From Psammoneis japonica (taxonomy: Eukaryota), in NCBI GenBank assembly GCA_008632985.1, contig QPGO01000002.1, positions 62,001 to 126,000 of the forward strand: a DNA stretch of 64,000 bases, read 5' to 3'. Made by a program: the position numbers and the translations under genes. The notes beneath the pieces are model-generated. The model searched no databases, was not told the DNA's origin, and worked only from the letters and a program-made list of their open reading frames with translations. This document shows, piece after piece, positions 24,560 to 36,855 of this stretch (within the stretch, counting starts at the first letter, position 1; every line of letters begins with the position of its first letter).

Positions 24560-27315
24560 TTCATCAATCGACATGAATGGGGCTGGCTCCCATTCACACC
24601 TTCCAAACCACTTGGTCATTGATTTGCCCATCAGAGAACAAGAGCAACAGATGCTGTCCGCAACAAAAGACATCGCAGATTCCCATCTTTTCACGAGCTG
24701 CACTCAGGTCACATGGCAAAGACTCTGGGCCATTCTTTCCACAGTCTTCCAAATCAAAGTCACCCTCCATCTATTCCAAGAGCAAATTGCGCTCCTCCAC
24801 CGGGACCTTCATTTCCTCCATTTGCTTTGCCGCTCCCAACTTGGCTGCCGGATGGACAAGATTGCGAAGGTCAGGGTGAGGATGCATGGATCCCCATGCC
24901 ACACAGCATCAATGTCTGTGTGGAGTTCATGCATCTGAGCTCTCCACAATCAGCACCTGTGTGATCCCATGTTTGGACCACGGCTCCAAACATGTCCTCG
25001 ATCGCCTTGTGCATCATGCATGCAGACAAAAGGTTGTTTTTGTCATGCCCTTTGTGACATTTGAAGGCTGCAACACGTCGCCGTGATGCATTGACTCTCA
25101 TCAGCAGCTGTGTGTTGCACTCCTCCCCATGCATCACGCGTCCATGCGGCTCTTTGCCAACGTGTGCTGACACTGCACTGTTTTGGCGGAACAGTGTGGG
25201 CACGTGCGAAGGAACACACAGAACTGCACAGAGTTTCACGCGTTCGACAGTGATCAACGTTGCTGCAGACAACTCCCACTCAGGGTTTCGAACCCCTGGC
25301 GGCCTCCTGCCCAATGGTTGCGATGAACCACTCCGCCATGAATTCACAGTGCAGCATGCATGCAGACAAAAGGTTGTTTTTGTCATGCCCTTCGTGACAT
25401 TTAAAGGCTGCAACACGTCGCCATGATGCATTGACTCTCATTGGCAGCTGTGTGTTGCACTTGTGGTCAAACGTTGGCTTGCCAACATTGTCATTGATCC
25501 AGTCGATGACAACAACCAGTCCGCCAACAAGCAAATCCATCAAACCGTCAAGTTTCGTCCCGCACTCTGCCACATGAACCTCCTCGAAATCAAGTCCCGG
25601 GCTCTGCATGTGTCGGTTGTTGCGATCCCCCGCAATGCTGCCGAGTGGCCTTGCAGCTTCTCTGAAGTGATGAAGGGCACGATTGCCAGCCACAAAAGGA
25701 TGCTTCACAGCATCAGTGTTGCACAACAAGTGGCAAAGACGGGAGAATCTGGTTTGATGCCCAGCCACAATGACGCAACGAAAGCAATCGTGTGCACCAA
25801 CCTCATCAAGGTTGTTGATGATTGCCGAACAACCACGCGAGAAATTAAAGTCCTTCATGATGGCATGCGGAAGACGTTTCCTCGGCATGACAATGATGGG
25901 ACACTCAACTGTGTCGGACGGAAGATTTGGCTTGCCAATTTCCTCTTCCACCCACACAGAGTGAGGGTCAAGGAAAAAATCTTTGATGTTTCTGTGGGCC
26001 AGCTTGCCCGACGGAGGACGATGAGGGCCACGGCATCTCATCATTTCTGCAGCATGTGACAGATCAAGTTTTGCGAAATGACCATGCACACGTGATTGGA
26101 ACTCGGCATGCCCATGTGCCGAACTGACACAGTTTCCAGCATCACTTTTGGATGCAGTGATGACCTTCAATGACCAAGAGCGACCAACAGCATCTCGCAG
26201 TGACAAGCAAAGAGCACCAGTCTTGGTGCACCCATCCATGCCACAATCCTCTTTGTCAATGTGTGGCTTGGTTTTCGAATTGACGGATTTTTTGCCAGAC
26301 GACGAGATGCACTTCACTTGAATTTCCATGCCTTCCCTTCTAATGTGCTTGGCTCCAACCATCTCATGGAGCTCAGCTGCGAAAAGACTGTCACGGTGCG
26401 GGTCGTGGAAGGAACGCATTTCTTTCAAAGCAACAAGATCAACTTTGTCCTCACAGAGTTGCATGGCGTCCAAGATTGAGGCTGTCATCAGCTGCACATC
26501 CTTTGGAAGCTTCTCCCACTTGTCCCTGCCAAAGACAGCACCAGGCTTGTGAGTGGGTCCCACTTCAGCTGACTCACCGTCTGTGACTTTGCAATTCTGG
26601 CCACAACAACCAAAACAGATCCGACAGCGCAACTTGCATTCTGGACCATCCCTTTTTTGTTCGGCTCACCATGTTCCAACACTGCACGGAGTGTTGATGA
26701 CACACTGAATCGCAATCCAAAAAAGCACTTCTGATGCACCTTGTCCGTGTGTCGCAAACAAGTGACCACGTCGGAAAAATGAGAGGTTGACTGGGTCGGG
26801 CAAGTGATCGTAGCCATTGATTCTTGCGTCGGATCATTGGGAGCTGTGCCGTTTTCAATTCCATGCACAAACTTGCGGAGGTGATTCACCAAGCAGAAAT
26901 CAGAGATGCTGTGGAACAACTGGTGCTTGACACAGCTCCCCTTGAAGGAACCGGAAATGGGGGTTTCCTCAAAGACGACAAGGTGAGAATGTTGTGACTT
27001 CACCTCACCCGGAATCGCAAACGGAGATGGTTCAGGAAACACTTTCACAAGCTCTTCTTTTGTGAAATTGTCTGGCAGAGGAGGAGGCGACTGACAAGTT
27101 GCACAGAGGGTTGGCCACTTTGTTCGAGAATGTTCAAATTGTTCCTTGAGAGTCGGCACATCTTGGAGAATCAGCGATTCGTTCTGAGAAACATCAGAAG
27201 GCTCACCATCTTTGGGGTTTTTGAGACTGGGGCTTGAGGAGCAAAGGGCGGTGGCCAAAGAGGTGGCAAGAAGAGTGGAAGAATTGGAGACAAGAAGAGG
27301 AGCACAAACAATCAA
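24560..27315 (-). pseudogene. Large decayed gene with an HxD motif and a C-terminal ExxLC[DE] helical domain
   Basis: Consecutive frameshifted ORFs 26488-27315, 25280-26632, 24871-25431 and beyond; KPHIDKED, GSIAGDRNNR, ESLPCD; internal ~110-bp duplication (25010-25120 and 25354-25462). Confidence 0.45.
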
Positions 27316-27333
27316 TCAAACAATGTGATGGAT

Positions 27334-28440
27334 TCACACCATTTGGATTTTTTCGTTTCCAAGAATTTTTTGTAACACAGATTTAATTGCATTGCCAATT
27401 TCTTTCTTCTTGCACTGAGTGGCAAAGTCACGAAGCCTGGCTTTCCACACAGCCTCAAAACGATCCCTTGTGGCCTTGCTTTTGCCAGAATCGTCAGCAG
27501 CAGAAACCACACAATCAATTTTCACACATCTTAAAAGAGTCTCATCGACATGTGTTGCACGCATTTGTTCTCGCTCAACATCGAGCATCGCCAGTCGCAT
27601 GGGCTTTTCCCAAGAATTTTTGTGTTGGTGGAACAACGACTTTACAAACTCAGGGAAGGACACAGGGCATTCGTCTTTGGTCGTCTCACAGTGACCAAGA
27701 GCCAGGAAAGTCTCCAAAAAGTTGATGCAAGTTGATGTCTCATCACATTCGCCGAACAGGGAGTGCAGCCAACAACCACAATCACCATTCCTTTCAGGTG
27801 TGTGCAGCAGAATCTTGTCACGAAGAATCAAAAAACCAATGTGAAGGTGTTGCGCGTGGTGCAAAACCTTCCCTTCAAAACTTCTCAGCTCAATGTGCTT
27901 GACAAGTGGCTCTCCCTTTGGGTTGCACAAACCGGGATCATGGAGAAGCTTGTGCAACGTGGAAATCTTTGCCATCATGTTGGTTGCAATGTCTGTTGAT
28001 TTTGCCTTGTCGCCGATGACTTTCACATCCTCTGCTTTGGGAGCACGGCGATGCTCCAATGCATGAGGATGTTTGGTGCCTTGGCTGGAACAACTCCATC
28101 CTTTTGCAGAAAGAAAGTGCAGCAAGCTCTTGCACCCAAGTTCCTTTGCAACAATGCGGTTCACAGCCATTGGTTCTACAAAAAAATGAGGTCTGCCCTT
28201 CGACTTTTGCCACACACTGGCAAGCGCGATCCAATTCGGAGAGGGATCACAAGTGGAATCGCGGCGAAACTGAACCTTGGATTTCACCGTCTTGATTGTC
28301 GCTTTGACACGGCTCTGCTTGTTGCTGTTGATCACTCCAAAACCATTGGCAAAGAGAGATTCAAATGCGGCCTCCTCGAGGTGGGAATCATTGTTGTCTT
28401 GCAACAGAGAGGCAACCGACAGGTCACGCGGCGCCATGGT
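27334..28440 (-). pseudogene. Hypothetical protein, TA-mutated
   Basis: Long protein-like ORF (MAPRDLSVASLL... from about 28437); no family recognised. Confidence 0.45.
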
Positions 28441-31400
28441 TGCTGTTCCAATGCCAAAAAATCTGGTTTCTGTAGAAACACACCAGAGTGGTGTGTGGGA
28501 GAAGTTGCTTGTGTCCCTGGTGCGATTTGGAGTTTTAAACACAAAAACCTGCCAGACGCGCGTGCAACTTCTCCCAGGGAAATCCTGCATGAGATTGTGC
28601 CGGGAAAGGGCAATGTGGAGTGTAGAATTGATGGAAGAAAATGTTGTGCGGAACAGCATCAGGAGAAAGGGTGCATGTGCTGGAAAACAACATGGATTTC
28701 TACATGCGCGTTAAGGTGCGTGAAAAACACGTGGGTGCCTTCAAGTGACACATGCAAACAATCACAAAGAAACATTCGAAAATGGAGACAGCATGGAGAG
28801 AAGTCAGAAACATGGATCCAAAACAAAGTGACACACAACAGAGAAAAAAAAACAACAACAAGAGATGAAGGCGACGGCGACAGGATTGATGAAAAAGAAG
28901 GATTCTGATGGAAAGATGCCGGAGACGTGTTCCAGTCTCAGGTGACGCACAAAACGACAATCAGATTTTGAGCACAATTTGTGCACATTTTAGTGCATGT
29001 GGCATTTCAATGAAAACACTTGGACGGATTGACTTTCACAGGCTTCTAGAGCATGAATGTTTAAATGGTTTTTTGAGGGGCATTCAAATCCTCATGGGAC
29101 ATGCATCACAAACTTCCTCAGTGGACTCAATGCTGATTGTACGTCACTGGATTTATGCTGAGATTTTTTTGCAGGTGGAAAACATGCCAAGCAGCATTGT
29201 AGAAAGACACATTTGGGTGACATCCAAGTGACGGCAATGTTTTCACCGAAAATCATCCATTGTGTTGTGAATCTTTTTGCGCAATGAAAAACATGGATGG
29301 CACAATGACAATGATGTTGCAACACTCACACGAGTCTTGTCAGTGTTGCAAAACATTTGCATTTGAGCAAATCTATGCTTTTGGTGGTGAAAGTTCGATC
29401 GCAAGTTGGGGGCTGCGCAAAAATCGCGCAAATGTCGTTTTTGTGCATGATTTGGTTCACGTGCAGCTGGAACATGTCCGGAGACGGTGAAAACAGGCGG
29501 CGCCAAGACGAGGAAGGAAGAGAAAAACAGGGCGGGCAAAATGAAGAAAGACAAAAAGAAGCCGACGACACACGTCAAGAGGGGAGCAGCGATGCGATTC
29601 AGCATTTTGAGGGACCTCTTCCTCTTGATGATGTTCACCCAAATGCAAGAAATGCAGTGTGGCTTTTTTGGAACGGTGACGAGGAAACATCCAACGCAAC
29701 AGCGGCACATTTGAAATTCTTGCAAGAGAGCGGACAACACATGTGGAATGAAGAGGACGATGTGGACGACTGGGCAAATTGGAGCACAGTTGTTGATTAA
29801 ATGATCAGTGCACACTTCACATGATGAAAATTTCATTGCGTGCAATTGCAATGTTTGGCTTGTCGTCAAAGATTGTCAGTTGTTGTGAAAAAGGCAGAGC
29901 ACAAAAATTAAAAAACATCTGTGTTCAAACATGAAGAACAGCAGGAGATTGACAATCAACCAAATGACAAAAACCGTCATGTGCAGACAAGTAGATTCTA
30001 CAATGTGGCAACACATTTTCATCATGTGTGCAGACATTGCGATGTCGTGCACTCTGATGATCCTGGCTTTTGTGATCATGGCAGCTGCATTTCAAATTGT
30101 TTTTAATTGCAAGTTGTTGCAAGTCATTGTTGCAATCCCAACAAAATTGTTTGTTGTTCTCATCTGCCAACAAACAGGGTGTGTGTGTGCACACAGCACA
30201 CAAATCACACCTCAACTTGTTTGACACAGCCATGTTGCAGACAAGGCACTTGGGTTCAACTGGCTTGGATTGGGGCTTGTGGGTTGCCTTGGGGGCTCTT
30301 GCTGCTGGTGCTGCTTTAGATTTAGAATGCTTGGTGCCTGTTTTGGCACACTTGGTGCTCATGTTTGATTCCCTGGCTCAATTTGGTGGCACACCAGATG
30401 CCTGTTGCTGTGCCAGTTGCCTTGCCAAGTTAATCTGATCAATTGCATCTGTTTCAACCATTTTGTTTTTGCGCTCCTTTCCAGCTCTGTCTCCCAGTGC
30501 TTGACAATTGTTTTTTTGCCACCTGCAATTGCAACGCAAAACAGGTTGGCATGGTGCCAAATGCTGATTTGTTGCCGCACCTGTCTGGACACACCTTTTT
30601 GATTCTTTCATGCTGTTCCATCAACTTGGCCTCATCACCACGTTGCTGCATTCTTGCTGTGCACAAATTCATGCCCTGCAAAACTTCATTGCACGGTTCC
30701 CCCCTGAGTCATTGCACTGGCATTGGTGTGCCATGTGGCTTTGCCATTTTTGTTGCTCGCTCTTGCATTTGCCATGGAAGTGCCCTGCAATCCCACATCA
30801 TTGTGTGCACGGCACCGTTCAATGCCAGTTGGAGCTGTGTTTTCCTTGCCTTGATGCAACAGCCAGTCCGTGGCTTTGCTGTCGTTCTCTTGAATCTCTT
30901 GCCAAAACGTCTCTCCTGGCTTTCTCCAACACTTGTTGTGGTTGCATTGATGTCCACACTGGAGGGCAATCAGCATGATTGTGGAATGCGTTGAACACCA
31001 CTTTCAACAATTCACTGGTTGCAGACTCTGCGTCATTGTTTTTGATTTCCCAGCTCTCCACTTGCAACTCTGCTCTAATGTGTGCCACCTTCTTGCCAAT
31101 TTCCAATGGCAACGGTTCTGCTTCCCAATTGTTCCCAGCAGGCACCACCTTCTGGCCCCTCTCCAATGGCGACGGCACCACTTCCAAGCTGTTCCCCATC
31201 TTGACAACTGTGTCGTCACCTCAGTTGTGAAATGGCAAATGATTTGCAGGTGTAAATTGAAAGGCCGTGTCAAACTGCTCAACAACTTTGGCACCAAACA
31301 TTGTGATTTCGTGCCTCCGAAGGTCAGCACCACCATCATCTTGAGTTGGCACCTCTTTCGGCATGTCAAACATGTTTGAATTGTCTGTGTTGGCATCCTG

Positions 31401-33579
31401 TCAATCATGAACATCAAAGCAAAATGGACAACAGTTCAGCGCACGCATGCAAATGGAGCACATCCTCCAACCACAAATGCCTCAATCTTTTTTTGCTTGG
31501 CACCAACATCACTTTGCAACAAAACACTGCCTCCTTGTGATGCTCACTTTTGGTTTCTTCCAAGCAGTTCATGACATCCTTTGTCAACAAACAACACCCG
31601 TTGCAATGATTCTCAAGCACGTCATTGAATTTTTGCAGCTTCTTCGACTTTTCCTTTGTGACATCTGTGTGCACACATCCTGGAACATTCCAAGATGCTT
31701 GCTCCATGTCTGATGCCCAACCTTTCTGCAAGTCCCAAATGCCTTTGTTGACATGAAATGCTTGCAAACACCCCACAAAGTTTTGGTTGTTTCCCACATG
31801 CTTTGCCATCTCTTGAAAAGCAAAGTGAGCCCAAGTTGCCAGCACGCATCCCCATTCCCATGCTCACCGCCAAGTGCACCGCCTCAATTCTGCTCAAAGC
31901 GTCGCACTTCATCTTCTTCAAGAACTCATTGTGTCTCTTCTGCAACTCTTTGACACAATCCTTGTCTCCTGTCTTTTTTGTCTGTTGCCCACAATGCTGA
32001 TGCAGGAGCACCTCATCGTGTTTCTCTGTGCATTTTTCACAAGTGATGTCTTGTCTCCCAAACAAGATGGTGGCATGTGGCTCCTTTGCCAAATCTACAT
32101 CCATCCAGTGCTGCCCTTCTGTTCCTTGTTTTGGCTCAATGCTTGGCATTGGTGCTTGTGCACAAAATGTCCCCGGCCCCTTGTTGCTCTGACAATGGGA
32201 TGCCGCTTTTGAATCTGGCAATGCCAACATTGTCTCGCTCAACTTCTGCAATGAAATTGTGTGGGAAAGTCACGTGATTTTGGTTCTTGCAAGATTGTTT
32301 TGTGCTCAGCAGCCAAAACCCTTTTTTTTTTTTCAAATTGCCAACAGTTGCAACTGAGCACAGACAAGTCACCATTTCTGCAGTTTGAAGGGTGGGATTT
32401 CAAAACGGGTGTGTTCTGTTTGAATTTTTTGAAACACATCCCATCGCTTGTCTTCAGTCTGTGCAATCATTTTGAATTGTGTCCCTTTTTTTGTTCCCAG
32501 AGAATCACATCCGTTGTTGAATGTTGTTCATGTGGACATGCACAGAAATTCACACACAAGCATGTGGATGCCGTTGCCCCTCACTGGTCTGTTGGCTCTT
32601 CATTGCAACAACATGCACACCCCAAGCAATGACACACTGCACCGCAACATGCAATCTACGTTGACACCCCTCATGTGCTTGCCATGTGCACATTTCAGCG
32701 CTGTTTCCATGGCAACAGCCTTCACTTGCTCTCTTCACAGAACATGAAACGTCAACCACCCAGCAGCGCACAATCAACACTGACTGCAGCAGCATCTCTC
32801 TCCATCAACACCGGCCCCATCCTTTGTTTCTGTTGGCAACATCTCCATCTCCATCAAATTTGGCACCAATTGCAAGTGCAGTGCACTTTGCTGCCTTTGT
32901 TCAAGCGCAGCTGTGTCTGTGTCATCAGTCAGCTGTGCCCCGCTGCAAAATTTTCATTGTTGTTTTTGATGGAAACAGGCACAATTGCACACTCAAATTT
33001 TAGAATTTCCTGTTCAACAGGAATCCTGCGGACACTGTTGAAGAAGCAGAGTGTGCAAGTCTCTGCCCGCACAACGTGCCACAAACCCACTCTGATTGTT
33101 GTTGTGTGTTGTTCTTGGCTGCCTTGAAGGTTGCAGCTGCCCTTCCTTCACTGGTGCTTGGGCTGTGTGTCCTTCTTGGAGTGCGCTCATTGTGATTGAC
33201 AAGAGAGCTGGGCACTGTGTCCATTGGCAACCCATCCAGAGACATTGTTCTCCATCGTGGATGCAAGTTGCCACCTTGCAACTTTTGTCCCGGATGCAAG
33301 TCTCTGCCTGCACAATGCAACAAATGCCCACTCTGACTGCATTGCAACAAATTTGTTCCATCCCGCATGCAAGTCTCCACCCGCATGATGTGGCACAACC
33401 CCACTCTGATTGTTGTTGTGTGTTGTTTGCAACTGCCTTGAAGGTCATGGCTGCCCTTCCTTCACTGGTGCTTGAGGGCTGGGTGCTGTGTGTGTTGGCA
33501 ACCTGTCCAGAGACATTGTCTTCTGTCATGGATGCAAGTTGCGCTGTGTGCGCAGGCGGCTTGGACTGCTTCATCATCA

Positions 33580-36500
33580 ATCATGTCGGATGGGGACAAG
33601 CCCGACATGAACATGCAGCAACTGTTGACCACTGTTGAACAAGTTGCTGTGGGGAGGGAAAACATTGATCCCACCCCTGCTGGAATCAGGTGCTTCATTG
33701 AGAGTGACAAGGCACACTTTGCAAGGAAGGGTGCAACCATTCATCCTTGGCATTGTTCTGCATTGACCAGGGTGGTCAACGGCCAGCATGACACCAATGG
33801 CTTGGCAAAAATGGCCACATTCAAAAGGTCTCCAGGCTCCAGTGTCTTCTTGTTTGACATCCCACACCACAGCAACAAATGAGCAAACAACCCAGAAGAC
33901 AAAGCAGGGGTTCAAGAGGCCATGACAGATGTCTTTCTTGGTGTTTTCAACAATGACAACCGCTCAGTTATCCGGCAGTTTGTCCAGCACAAACGCGCAC
34001 ACATGCCAATCATTTGTGAGCAAAAATCAACAAAGGAACATGACTGCAACATGTCCAATGATGTGGTGGCTGTGCTCCTCCACCATTGCTTTCAAAACGT
34101 TGGAGTTGCGTTTGACTTTGTGCACGCGATCGACCATCCACGAGAGGATGTCATTGCCAAAAAGTGCAGTGTTTGTCCATTTTCATTTGGTCTTGCCCAG
34201 TCCCTTTGCTTTCACGCAGGCAACAAATTGCTTCATTGCCAGAAGAATGTTGTTGAGTGCAGCTCAAAAACAATGGGTTTCCAGATGGGTTCCTCAAGGA
34301 GGCCCGCTGTGCCAACGCAGAGGCATGGTGGAACTGGAAAGAATTGACAGAACTTGAAAATGACAACTCAAGAGTTTTAGAACAACGGAGAGGGTGCAGA
34401 CCCGGTCGAAGTCATTTTTGTTGCCGTTTCCCCATGACAAGGATGTTTGCCAGAACTGCACATGAAGAAAACTCTGAACAACAGCACCGTCTGGACAAAG
34501 GACAATCCTCGATGGTTCAAGGATGCTCTGAAAACCATGAAGGAGGCAACATGCGGCCAATTTGCAATTGATCTGTCAGAGCATGGACTGCATGACACAA
34601 AACCCTCTGCTGCAGTCAGCAAGAGGGAGTTTGCCAAGTTTCAGGAACTGCCACTTGGTGAACACATTCACAAAAGTCATCACAACCATGCAGTCAAATC
34701 AAACGATCCAAGAGCATGCACGGAAATTGACGCATTGCACTCTTTGAAGTTGGCAGTTAATTTTTTTTCAAAGAGAACTGACGCAGATGACAAAGATTGC
34801 AAACCGCCAGAGCCAGAACCATGTCAAACAGTGGGAGACAATGATCAGTGGTGCAAACAAATGACGCATTTTTGCACAAGTGTGGAAGAGGGCCCAGCGA
34901 GCAAGCCAGCAGGAAACCGCAGCAAAAAGCTCACAGACAATGACTGCGAACAATGCAGGCTTCTCCAAGGTTGCTGCCAATGGCAGCACAGTGAATCTGA
35001 TGCTGACCTGGAAGACACAGCAGCACATGTTGATTTGGAGGATGATCGCGATGTTGCTGGCATTGATGCCAACAACCTGGAGGCCCAGGTGGCACTCGGT
35101 TGCACCAACTGCAACGTGTGTGTGACTGAGAAGAGCTTTGCCAAAGAAGGGACAACAGATGACAGCACTGGAGAACTTCCGTGCATGGGGAAATGATTGT
35201 TTAAAGAGGTGATGATGACACACTTCGACCATGTTGCACAGATGCACCCACCAAAATGCAAGAACAAAATGACACACAGGATGTGCAGCACATTGTTGAG
35301 GGTGGTTCAAAGTGACTGTGATCTCTCAAAAGAGGTTCAAGGTTTGGATCAACAAAAGTTCTATGGTGCTGAGATGAGCCATGTTGCTTGTTGGTGCAAA
35401 TCTGCCTGCTGTCTGCACCAGCACCAAGAACAAAGAGCGATCCATCACGTGCAATGTCAAAACCTTGCCAGGTGAACTCGTGCTGCCGTGGATTCTTCAA
35501 CAAGTGACCAAAGAGATGCAATCAGTTGCACGGACAAGGAGGAAGAATTTTTGAAAAGGACAATGGGAAAAGACAATGTTGAAGGGTTGTTGTGCAAGGC
35601 TCCCGAACACCACGTCTGTCCAAAAGAGGACATGGATGCATGTTGCATTGTCAAAGTGGAGCACAATGATGCAATCAATTTGTCCAAAGTGCATTGCATG
35701 GAGTGGACAATGCCCAAAGACAGGAGTGCAGAAATGCCAAAATGTCCCAGGGATTCACTGGAACATGACGTGCCTCATTTGTTTGGTTGGTGCTGAGAAC
35801 AAGAAAACGGCAGAGCACTGATCAAAGACAGGTTTAAAGACAGCAATCATGAGGGAACAGCCAACATGGACAAGCTGCGGCGTCCAGTCAAAAAGGCCAA
35901 GGAGAAGCCTAACAGGCCACAGAAACTCCACAAGAAGTTGAGGAAAATTCCACAACGAAGGGCCAAACAGCAGATCAAAACAGACCAGATTTGGAAAGTG
36001 CAAGCCCTGCAGAAGGATGAGGCAAAACAGCATTTTGTGGAGGACTTGGCGGACAGTGCAGAAGATGCGGGCAAAAGCGCCCTAAATTCCGTGCATGGAC
36101 AGTCACAGGTGATGAGCAAAAGCATCATTCTGGTTGGTGGGCTGAGCACAACTTTGAACATTGCCACCCATGTGTGTGCAAGGCCATGATGGCATTGAAG
36201 CCAGGTGAGACTTGTGAAATGCCTGAAGGATCGGTGTTGTTGAAGCCAGAGGAAATCTTGCACCCCATCTTTGGTCCCAAGGTTTGCTTTTTACAAGGCA
36301 ACAACAACACGCGCGTTTTTTCTTTGTTGGCTGGTGCGCTGCATTGCTTGCAAGACGAGCACATGACTCATCATGTCAGCCATCAAGTTGAGGCTTCTGC
36401 AACATCAGCTGCTCGTGGAGACCAACGGATGTTGTTTGTGGTGTCTCTGATGCAAGGTCTGTTTTGAAAGGAGCATCCTCCGGTTGATGGTCCCATGAAG

Positions 36501-36830
36501 TTCTACAAAGGCAGGAAGATAGACTGCACAAGAGATGTTGGCATCACGATGGGAGATTTGTTGTGCAAGAAGCTCACCTTGTGTGGATTGTCAAACAACC
36601 ACTGCGTGGCTGTGTGCAATGGTTGGATTTTTGACTCCAGTCATTCACATGCCATGTCAGTGACAAATCTTGATTGCTGGAATTGGTGTTTGGGCAACCA
36701 GCCGGAAGAAGCAGCCTGCATGACCAATGTGCCCAAGTTTGTCTGCAGAAAATTGAACAAGCGCAAGTTGATGGAGATCTGGATGTCAGCTGCAATGCAT
36801 GTTGGGCATGACGCGTGTTAACCTGCATTG
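33580..36830 (+). pseudogene. Large fragmented gene ending in a papain/C39-like peptidase-type domain
   Basis: Run of same-strand ORFs (33472-33882, 33922-34347, 34447-35196, 35197-35796, 35866-36821); C-terminal LQGNNNT[R/C]VFS...NHCVAVCNGWIFDS follows a Q-x5-C/H/D pattern. Confidence 0.4.
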
Positions 36831-36855
36831 TGCAGGCAGCAATTGAATTGCTGTT

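Noticed and set aside
28900..33500. Many short Cys/His-rich ORFs as zinc-finger proteins
   Set aside because: Cys/His enrichment is the expected by-product of TA conversion. Decayed genes are probably present but could not be delimited.
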